From: Reclinomonas americana ATCC 50394
Lineage: Eukaryota
Reading direction: 5' to 3'
Assembly (NCBI GenBank): GCA_048213135.1
Contig: PS015363.1
Location: forward strand, 6,600-70,599
Length of the DNA: 64,000 nucleotides
The position numbers were made by a program, and so were the translations under genes. Under the pieces are notes generated by a model. It did not search any database, had not been told where the DNA came from, and saw nothing but the letters and a program-made list of their open reading frames with translations. How positions within the stretch are numbered: position 1 is the stretch's first letter; the number at the start of each line of letters is the position of its first letter. This document shows positions 13,608 to 23,200 of the stretch, in pieces.

Positions 13608-13710
13608 NNNNNNNNNNNNNNNNNNNNNNNNNNNNNNNNNNNNNNNNNNNNNNNNNNNNNNNNNNNNNNNNNNNNNNNNNNNCACTCACACTCTGTGGCA
13701 CAGACGAAAC

Positions 13711-13818
13711 TTGCGCCGGCAGCTGTGAGCTCTTTGCGTCGCTGCCCTCGAGCAGGTTGCGCTCAAAGATGGTGGCCAGCTCCGTGTCTTGGCCGGTCGA
13801 TAGTCTTCGACGCAACAT
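13711..13818 (-). CDS. First exon of the Zn-finger/LysM gene
   Basis: ATG at 13818 opens MLRRRLSTGQDTELATIFERNLLEGSDAKSSQLPAQ. Donor GTTTCG at 13710; the intron is completed by the acceptor ...cccacgcag at the start of the inverted piece. Confidence 0.6.
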
Positions 13819-14024
13819 TGTAGAAACGAAAAAAAGTGACGCGGACAATGGACAAATGGACAGCCGGAAAAACGCATGACGTCATTTGTGGGGCGTTGAT
13901 CCAATCCGCATTTGGTGGAGAAGCAAAGTGCGTTGTGCAGAACGGCGCAGCGATTCACCTTCTTGTCTCACTTTCTCCGCGCGCACTCTCTCTCTCTCTT
14001 TATCGTTTCACACAGAGTGAGAAC

Positions 14025-17000
14025 ATGAGTGCGGCATCTCGCAAGACCAGTTCGGCGGGAGCAGTGGCGGGAGGCGTTTCATCGGCGTCGGCATCGGGAT
14101 CGCCTGGAGTGTCGCCGAGTGCGGCCACGGTGAATGTGGCCAGTGGATCAGGCAGTGGCAGTGGTGGTGGCGGCGGAGGTGGTGGAGCGGGGGCAGAGGG
14201 GCTGGAGGACGGCGATGGCATGGTGTTGGACATTTTCGAGAGCCTGTGGAAGAAGAACTCGGATGTTGCGTGCGTGCTTGATGGCATCACAAGGAGGGGT
14301 AACAGAGAGAAAAGAGAGAGGCGTTGGGCGATGTTTCTGTTTCTGCTGGTGTCAGGGATCCGATCTTGTTTCCCGCGCTCTCTCCCCCTCGCTGCTGTCT
14401 CACACTGGTGATCGCGCGTGTGCAGTTGACGAGTTGCCCGGGTGTGCGGATTCCCGATACAGTGGTGGTGCGTCCCCTCGCCCTCTCTCGCTCCTTCTCG
14501 CGCTTTGTATTCACGTCCGATTCATGCATGCGTTAACACTATTTCCCCTCTTGTCGCGTCTCCAGTATGGCCACAACTATGCACGGTGAGCTTGTCTATT
14601 GCCTGTCACTCTCTCCCTCTCAGTTCTTCTCTTGTTTCGCTGATGGCTTGTGTGTGTGTGTGTACAGAAACTGGTACTTTTACGACTCTCGTGCGGGCAT
14701 GTTGAACAAAAAGGTGAAGAAGGAGCTGGACGCGAAGGTCATCTTTGAATCGTTCCGCAAGTCCGGCTCGCGTGATTGCGAGGTTGTGGCGCAGTATCAC
14801 TCGTTCAACGAGGGTGGTGGACCGATTTCCATTGATTTCCTCACCGAGGAGGGACTTGGTGCGTTGCTGTGTGGATGGATGCGCAGTCTCGGAATGCAGG
14901 GTGGCCGACAATGTGTTTTTGTGCGCGTGCAGAGGAGTTCCTCTTCCGGCGAGATGAGAAGCAGGCACAGGGCATGCTGCAGAAGTTTGTCATTCCGAAG
15001 GGCGAGCACAATGGTGCGTGCTCTGGATGTGAATGCCTTGGTGTGGTTCGCGGTGGGTTGCTGACTGCCAGTCACCGCAGCCGTCATCCAGGCAGTGTGG
15101 ACGCCGCGCGTGTGCATGGTTGAGCGTCGTGTCAACATTAACAAGCTGAGCGACCGACGCACTCCCATCCAGGAGAAGATCCTCACTTTTGAGGGCAGCT
15201 GGAAGAACACGCAAGAGAGTGCGTGTGGCCGAGTGTGTTCCGACTCACCTCCTCCACTGACTCTGTACTACATTCACAGTCTTGTGTTCACCCGTGGTCA
15301 CTGAGCGCGTCAAGTCGATTTGCCAGGCCGTCGTGCAGCACGTTGCCGATGTGCGCCACAAGCACATTAGCCGCATGGTGCTGTCGTTCAAGATCGACTC
15401 GCACGACACGCTGTGGCTGCTCTCGTGCACGTGCATGCGGTTCTTCTCCAAGGTAGTTTGGCGTCACGAGCGCTCCATCGTGTGTCGATGCATCATCTCA
15501 CATGTGTGCCAGAGCGACCCCAACTCCGACAAGGTGCCAGTGAATCTCACGCCTTCGTACCGCATCAATCCAATCAAGGGCTCTGCCACAACGGCCGCGG
15601 CGGCGGCAGCTTCTGGTGCGACCAACCCCGACATACCACCCGTGCTGTGCTCCTCGTGCTCCAAGCCCACCGATCCCATGATGTGCCGGGTGACCTTTGA
15701 CAAGGTCCTCGGCCACTACCGCGCCCTCGGCGCCTTCCTCGGTGCGTGCCTGCGTCTGTCTCTCCATGTTCTACACTCCAGTCGCTGACCTGCAAACCCG
15801 CTCGCACAGTGCACACGGCGGCGACTGAAGAGTTGGATGTGCCCGACGTGCAGCTGGCGTCGCAGCCTCCGCCGCGTGGTGCGTTTTTTCTCTCTCACTG
15901 TTGGTGTCACCTTGTGTGTCTCACTCCTCACCGCCTCTCGCGCAGTGCGCAAGGGTGCACGGTCACCTCCTCCGGCGGGCGACGGCGCCTCCGCGCCTTC
16001 CACCCCCTCTGCCGACCCAACACCACCGACCGGCGGTCTGGTGGAGAGGGAACCAGTTAGCGAGTCGTCGTCGCAGGCCGCCGACAGCGAGGAGGAGGAA
16101 GAGGAGGAGGAGTCTCGGAGACCTACGTTCCTGCGTCGCGGTGATGGTGGAGCGGAACCCGAGCTCTCGGATGCCGATCGCAAGATTCTGGACGCGGCGT
16201 TTGCGCAGCTGGTTTGTCACACCAGCGCAGAGTGGGGAAGAGGCATGAAGGCCTCACTGCCTTGTGTGTCCTCCACAGGACGACATTGTGTACAATGCGT
16301 ACAGCCACTTTTTGCGATCGAACCAGGAGTTCGTTTTCCGCATGCCGCAGCTGCCGTCGTCGGTGGAACCGCGCGCGCTCGAGTCCGTGTTTGGCAATGT
16401 CAACATGCGAGAGCTCTCGGACCGACCCGGCTTCTTCGCCATGGGCAAGGAGGGGCGCGTCAGCATTGGCATGCTGCAGGCTCGCGTGGATCGCCTGAAG
16501 AATGCGCTCCTGCACGGCGTCAGTGGCTCACGGGTAAGTCGCTGTCTCTACACACACACACGTGTGTCTCTCTCCTTCCATCATTGTGTCTGATCATGAG
16601 GTCGCGTGCAGCACAAGCATACCCGCAAAGTGGTGGAAACCGTTGAAGAGGTACGTCTTTTCTCTTTCCTATTATATGCCGACGACACCAGTGCGCTGAT
16701 GGTCTCTTCATTCCCCTGCAGGATTCGCTGGAGACCAGCCACGAGGGGCAAGTGCCACAAATCGTCAAGTACTTCTTGCCGGGAATCACATACGAGGATT
16801 TTACTGCGTTGGACATGACGCAACCACTGGCGCTCGACCAGGTCGCCAATGTGTGCCTGCCGTGCTTCCTCCAATTCACCCAACACGATGCCGCCGGCTC
16901 GGGCTCCGCGGCCGATCGCCACAGTCGACGAGTGCGTATATTACTCTTCGTTTTTTTCGCTTCCTCTCGCCTTCTGCTTAAAACAACCGTGTCTACCGCA

Positions 17001-17196
17001 GATGTCGCCACACCGTTCCAGCGCTCCGCCACCCGTGGCCGTGCGCGTCAATCTGTCACATACAATGCCGGCGCGGCCCAAATCCGGCCCGTCCTCGCGC
17101 AGTCCACTGCGTCGGCGGGCCAGCCCACTGGCCGCCGCTCACCGCCCCTCCTCGTCGCCCACGCTGGTGCCCGTGCGCTTGCAGAGCACCATGTGA
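14025..17196 (+). CDS. Conserved uncharacterised protist protein (possibly ATP-grasp-like fold), multi-exon
   Basis: Spliced SCPGVRIPDTVV|YGHNYAR|NWYF...GMLQKFVIPKGEHN|AVIQAVWTPRVCMVERRVN...ISRMVLSFKIDSHDTLWLL. GT-AG junctions are consistent through to TGA 17196. Confidence 0.7.
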
Positions 17197-17243
17197 GGAT
17201 GTTCACATGTGTACGCCCTCTCTTCTCACCGCGTAATGTAAAG

Positions 17244-18509
17244 TTACTTGCTGTCAGTGTCGGTGGTGGTAGTCGTCGTCGTCGTCGTCGAGGAGGAAGG
17301 CGACGGAGGAGCGACTGCTGTCGCGTCCAACAGTGGCCGTAAAATGCGTCGCCGTGCGTTGGTGAACCACGTACGAACTTGTGACGGTGTCATGTTGCTC
17401 AGTCGAATCAGCAGCTCACGCTCCGACGGCGTCGGGTACGGGTTCTCGTAGTGCGTAAACAGCCAGTTCTTCAGCACATCCGTGCGGCGTCCAGACGCGC
17501 CTCCACGTTGCGCACTTGCCGTCGGCGATGTCACCACTGGCATCACGTGTACGTGCACGGGGCCACCATCGCCAGCTGCTGTCTCCGCCGCCAGTAACGA
17601 TGCCGCCAGTCGTGCCGTGCTAGCCGCACGCTCCGTGACACTGTCACCCGCACTGCTACTCTCCCCAACAAAAACAACATCATCATCGTCATCTTCGTCA
17701 GCATCAGCATCGTCAACAGCGGCGGCGGCGGCGGCATCGTCGGCGGGATCCTTTCTCCACTGCACAGTCAGCCGTCGCCGTGAGCGAACATTAACGAACC
17801 TATTGCATACGCCACACATTAGCGACCAACATGTAGCGAGAGGAGCCGGAGCGGAATGGAGAAATATAACTATAAGATGGACATACCAATTATTCACGGT
17901 GGCCAGTGGCAGGCTGCACACCTCCGCCAGCTCCTTCTTCTCACTGTCCGTAGGGTACGGATACTCATAGTTTACGCGCAACCACAGCTCCAGCACCTCC
18001 ACCGCCGCCTCCGGGAGCGACGATCGACGGTGTCTGGGTGGACGTTTCTCGCCTGCACCAACTCCAGTCAACAAACACTTCCACCACCACACATCCTGCA
18101 CGTGATGCATCACACCTTCTTCAGCAACAAGCCATGCCGGTGGTATTGGCGGCGGCACAAGTACTGGTGCCGACGTTGACGCCCGCGGCCGAAATCGCAC
18201 ATGGTGGAACCGCAGTGGATTGCTCTCACTGTGTGCTATCCGCATGTGCCGCACCCACTCGATGGCGCCACTCACGGCGACGGCACACACGGGACACGCA
18301 GCGCACTCTAGCAGCTCCGGGTGCGCCTTGCCCACATGCGCACCGACAACGCGTGAGTCAGTGGAGGGACGGAAGTTGCACAGTGAGTGGCCACCAGCAG
18401 GCCACAGGAAGTCGTTGACACTCCTCAGCGACAGCGGGCATTGATAGGTCATATGCACGTCCCCCCACACCTCGCGCACGCACAACTGGGAAAGCGCGAG
18501 TAATGTCAT
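17244..18509 (-). CDS. Transcription factor with N-terminal C2H2-like Zn fingers and two TALE-class homeodomains
   Basis: HD1 LPEAAVEVLELWLRVNYEYPYPTDSEKKELAEVCSLPLATVNNW|FVNVRSRRR (intron 17800-17886); HD2 VLKNWLFTHYENPYPTPSERELLIRLSNMTPSQVRTWFTNARRRIL. Both carry the PYP loop. Zn finger CPVC...WVRHMRIAH. Confidence 0.85.
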   Translation of the reverse strand: MTLLALSQLCVREVWGDVHMTYQCPLSLRSVNDFLWPAGGHSLCNFRPSTDSRVVGAHVGKAHPELLECAACPVCAVAVSGAIEWVRHMRIAHSESNPLRFHHVRFRPRASTSAPVLVPPPIPPAWLVAEEGVMHHVQDVWWWKCLLTGVGAGEKRPPRHRRSSLPEAAVEVLELWLRVNYEYPYPTDSEKKELAEVCSLPLATVNNWYVHLIVIFLHSAPAPLATCWSLMCGVCNRFVNVRSRRRLTVQWRKDPADDAAAAAAVDDADADEDDDDDVVFVGESSSAGDSVTERAASTARLAASLLAAETAAGDGGPVHVHVMPVVTSPTASAQRGGASGRRTDVLKNWLFTHYENPYPTPSERELLIRLSNMTPSQVRTWFTNARRRILRPLLDATAVAPPSPSSSTTTTTTTTTDTDSK

Positions 18510-18546
18510 ATGACATTGTCGTCATTATAAGGCCTTCGCGCCAAAA
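18502..18546. promoter_or_regulatory. Candidate core promoter of the homeobox gene: TGACA palindrome over the ATG, TTATAA, and an E2F-type site
   Basis: AATGTCATATGACATT (18502-18517), TTATAA (18525-18530), TTCGCGCCAAAA (18535-18546; TTTTGGCGCGAA on the minus strand). Confidence 0.4.
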
Positions 18547-18680
18547 TCTGGGCTGTTGCTCTTATGGTGTACAATGTTGTAGGATGTCATTGCGTTTCCC
18601 CGTGCGTGTGAGAGGCGCACTGTGGCGAGCACCATTCATGTCATCGTCATGATCAAGGAATTGTCTCCGGAGTTCCTCAC

Positions 18681-18840
18681 GCACATCGGTCAAGGGTTGA
18701 CGGTGGAGGGAGACACTGGTCAAACACACCGATCAAGAGTTGAGGGGGGGAGAGACACTGATTGCCCGCACACTCACTCGCACACACACACACACATGCA
18801 CACGCACACGCACACCGATCAAGGGTTGAGAGAGACTGAT
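18681..18840. repeat. Three degenerate direct repeats with core CG(G/A)TCAAG(G/A)GTTGA...GAGAC(A)CTG
   Basis: Copies start near 18687, 18730 and 18816; the latter two are separated by CA-rich sequence. Confidence 0.6.
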
Positions 18841-18976
18841 CACACGCACGCGCACACCCACGCACTCGGCCCTCTCTCTCGTTCCGCACACATATACACA
18901 CACGCACACGCACACACTGGCTCACTCACACAGTGTCACGCCCAGTTGCGTCGTTGAGTGTTCTCTCCTTCACTCA

Positions 18977-19203
<227 letters not shown>

Positions 19204-19227
19204 ACTCGCTGACTCCATCACACACAG

Positions 19228-19461
19228 TCGGAGTCCATACGGGTCAACCTGGCGCACGTTCTTCTTGTGGTACACGTTTCGCATCACTGCAACGAGCTTC
19301 CGAGTACCTGCCAGCACACTGCGGGAGGTACTACCAACTTGCGTGTGGAGAGCAAGACGATGGCAATCGCACTGGGCGTGGTGCTGCAGTGCAACCCTTG
19401 GAGCAATCTGTCGTTCGACATCAACGACTTTCTGTATGGCCAACAGACTGCTATACAGTTG
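19228..19461 (+). pseudogene. Exon-like fragment resembling a SPRY (RanBP9-like) domain, with a 1-nt frameshift
   Basis: Flanked by acceptor cacacag and donor GTGCGT. Removing one T at 19339-19340 gives FASLQRASEYLPAHCGRYYQLRVESKTMAIALGVV, similar to the SPRY pattern xRAxxPxPxxCGxYYFEVxxxS...IGL. Confidence 0.3.
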
Positions 19462-19905
19462 GTGCGTGCCACTGAGAGTGTGTGTGCGTGTGATGCGAGT
19501 GTACGTGCAGCCTGCATGCGTGTCTTTAGTGTGTGTCGGCTGTTCACTCGGCAACACATCAATGCATCATGCTCATCTGTTCTCCCTCCGCCTCACTTGT
19601 CGCGCGCATGCGCGCAGCGCAACAAACACCGGTGAGCAGGGTGCGGAGGGGCGCAGCGGGGTGCCCAGTGACCGCTGCTGGTGAGCGCATCACACGCGCA
19701 CACTGCTGGCGGAGCTCAAACGTGGGGGTGCCAGTTGTCCTTATATTCGCGCACACAAAGCCACAAAGCAAAGCCGTCAAAGCACCAAAGTTCACACAAA
19801 GCACGTCCCCAGGTTCAATTCCCTCCCATACACACGTCCCCACAGATCTTTGCGAAAATCCCCAGAGCGCAAAAAGCGCGTGAGCGACCATTTTTTTGTC
19901 GATTT

Positions 19906-20200
19906 CTACTCATTGACAGATGGCGCACACGATGCCGACAGCAGCTCCGCCGCGTTCCTCCGCAAGAAAATAGAGGGGTGTTGGGGGTTGCTGTGGGCCG
20001 CTATAATGTGATACAACATTATATGCTCGCTCTCGAGCATATAAAAGGCCTTGCAACCACAGCTCGGAGTGCTCGCGGGACATTTCTTATATGCAAGACC
20101 AACGTGATAGAGCACCTGTTATTGCTCATTGCAACGTATAATGGACAATCATGTGATATGATGTCACCCAGACTTTCCCAGTTGCAGTAAAGTCACAAGG
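19906..20200 (-). pseudogene. Degenerate paralogue of the Zn-finger N-terminus of the adjacent homeobox gene
   Basis: GKVW/GDIISHDCPL versus REVWGDVHMTYQCPL; VLYHVGLAYKKC versus VGAHVGKAHPELLEC; LYHIIAAHSNP versus VRHMRIAHSESNP. Carries frameshifts and an in-frame TAA at 20119. Confidence 0.4.
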
Positions 20201-20253
20201 ACAGAGGTGCTCGCCAAAATCGATCTGTCCCAGCCGTGTGTCAGTGAGCGCGG

Positions 20254-23200
20254 ATGTTGTCGGCCTTCTCTCCGAGTGTGGCGCACTTCNNNNNNNNNNN
20301 NNNNNNNNNNNNNNNNNNNNNNNNNNNNNNNNNNNNNNNNNNNNNNNNNNNNNNNNNNNNNNNNNNNNNNNNNNNNNNNNNNNNNNNNNNNNNNNNNNNN
20401 NNNNNNNNNNNNNNNNNNNNNNNNNNNNNNNNNNNNNNNNNNNNNNNNNNNNNNNNNNNNNNNNNNNNNNNNNNNNNNNNNNNNNNNNNNNNNNNNNNNN
20501 NNNNNNNNNNNNNNNNNNNNNNNNNNNNNNNNNNNNNNNNNNNNNNNNNNNNNNNNNNNNNNNNNNNNNNNNNNNNNNNNNNNNNNNNNNNNNNNNNNNN
20601 NNNNNNNNNNNNNNNNNNNNNNNNNNNNNNNNNNNNNNNNNNNNNNNNNNNNNNNNNNNNNNNNNNNNNNNNNNNNNNNNNNNNNNNNNNNNNNNNNNNN
20701 NNNNNNNNNNNNNNNNNNNNNNNNNNNNNNNNNNNNNNNNNNNNNNNNNNNNNNNNNNNNNNNNNNNNNNNNNNNNNNNNNNNNNNNNNNNNNNNNNNNN
20801 NNNNNNNNNNNNNNNNNNNNNNNNNNNNNNNNNNNNNNNNNNNNNNNNNNNNNNNNNNNNNNNNNNNNNNNNNNNNNNNNNNNNNNNNNNNNNNNNNNNN
20901 NNNNNNNNNNNNNNNGCCACTGTCAGCTCCGACAATCGAGTGCGCGTGTACTCGACGGGCGATGGCGGCTCGCTGACCGCCAGCTTCACCTTCCCGTCGC
21001 ACCTCACTGTGCGATGCACATGCATGGCCTTTGCGCCTCCAGCCTCGGCCTCTGCGACAGTGCAGTCGGCCAAGAAGGTCGGTTGTGTGCACACTGCCGC
21101 GTGGCGTTTGACACGCGGCCGTCTGCGAGTGTGTCTTGTGTGTCTATGTGCTCATGCCCATGTGCATGGCCTCCCCTTCTGTGCATGTGCAGAACAAGAA
21201 AAAAGGCGGCGCGCCCCCCCACGCCGCCTCGTCGTCTGCTGCTGCGGGCAGTGCGTCGGTCGACGACTTGATGGCGTTTGGCACCGAGAGTGGTCGCATC
21301 TTTGTGTTTAGTCTCGTCAAGAACGAGTTGGTGATGACGCTGGGTGAATCGGGTGGTGAGTTGGCTCTCCTCCTCCTCCTTCTCTCCGTTACCTCGTCGT
21401 GTGGTGTGCTGAAGACTCCTCCTCTATGCACATGCAGGGCACACCAAGTCTGTCACGGGCCTGGCGTTTGCACCGGCCGGTCGCCAAGTGTTGTACTCNN
21501 NNNNNNNNNNNNNNNNNNNNNNNNNNNNNNNNNNNNNNNNNNNNNNNNNNNNNNNNNNNNNNNNNNNNNNNNNNNNNNNNNNNNNNNNNNNNNNNNNNNN
21601 NNNNNNNNNNNNNNNNNNNNNNNNNNNNNNNNNNNNNNNNNNNNNNNNNNNNNNNNNNNNNNNNNNNNNNNNNNNNNNNNNNNNNNNNNNNNNNNNNNNN
21701 NNNNNNNNNNNNNNNNNNNGGTGTCGGTCGATCGTCGCGTGTTGGAGTGGGATCTCATGTCCAAGGAGCTGCTGAGGTTGGTGTCACTCTGTGTGCATCT
21801 ACGTGCATGTCTGCCGTGGCATCTGACGTGCGTTTTTTGTTATATCGGCAGCTCATTCAAGGGCGGCAAGACTGCGCTGTCGGCCGTGTGCATTGATCCG
21901 AGTGGAAGCCACCTGCTGGTGGCCTCGTCGCGCATCAAGATGTGGGACGTCACCTCCAAGTCCAAGCAGCAGAGGTGCGCTGCGTTGTTTTCTCCTCCCT
22001 TTCCTCCCACTGGATTCTCACTCGGTCATGTGGGGGGTGCATGCAGTTTTGCTGGACACCCGAGCAGCGTGCAGTTTATGAAGTTCCTGCAGTCGGGCGA
22101 CAGCTTCGTGTCGGCGGCGCACGACCGTTTTGTGAGCATGTGGCGATGTGAGGATTCCTCCGAGTCTGCGGTTCCGCTAGTGGCCGATGCGAATCCTGTC
22201 GGCCTCGCCGTGTCGCCGCCTAGCGACTCGGTGAGTGCCGTCACCTATCAGTGGCCTGTGTGAAATGCGTGTGCGACTGACTGTCTTTGTGTAGAACGAG
22301 TGCCATGTCGCGTGCCCCACTGAGAGTGGCACCATTTGCGTATGGCGGGTGGTAGATGGAGCGGTGGATGGGCAGAAGCCGTCGGGTTCAGTGCTCACTG
22401 GTTCCCTGGAGCGCGCCACATCGGTGCGGTGTAGCCGTGGACTCGTCTTTTCTCGCTCCTCGCTGAAGCGTGCATGTGACTCGATGCAGATCCTGAACTG
22501 TGCCTTTGATGGATTTGGTCGTCTCTTGGTGGCACACGGACCGATCGTGAAGCCGGTCATCGAGGCAGTGGTGCGTGGAGAAATGATGTGCTGGCGATCG
22601 TCTTTGTCACTGCAGTCTCACACTGCGTGTACTGTTTTGCAGGCATACTTTGATGCGGAGACGGGCGAATTCAACGAGCACGTTGAGCTGGCGAGCGCAG
22701 CACCGGTACTGTCGCTTTCAACGTTCCCTAAGCGTTCACTTTCATGATCTCTGCTGACTCAGCTGGTCTGTTGTGTGTTGCAGCAAACAACCACGGTTGT
22801 GCTCGGTGGCGTCACAATGCCCAAGATGAAGCGTGGTGCTCCGGAGCAGGTGATTACGCAGGCTGAGATGGTTCTTCCCGACATGATGATGGCACTGGAT
22901 GGCGGCGCATCGGCGGAGGCCGACAGCGCTGCCGCGTCAAGCAACCCAGCACCCTCGAAACGCAAGAAGCAAGGTCAGTACAATGTGTGCGACAGGGAGA
23001 GAGAAGGGGAAAGAGTTTGTGCTCACCTTTTTNNNNNNNNNNNNNNNNNNNNNNNNNNNNNNNNNNNNNNNNNNNNNNNNNNNNNNNNNNNNNNNNNNNN
23101 NNNNNNNNNNNNNNNNNNNNNNNNNNNNNNNNNNNNNNNNNNNNNNNNNNNNNNNNNNNNNNNNNNNNNNNNNNNNNNNNNNNNNNNNNNNNNNNNNNNN

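Noticed and set aside
18681-18840. CRISPR-like repeat-spacer array
   Set aside because: Only three degenerate copies with irregular low-complexity spacers, no cas genes, eukaryotic context.
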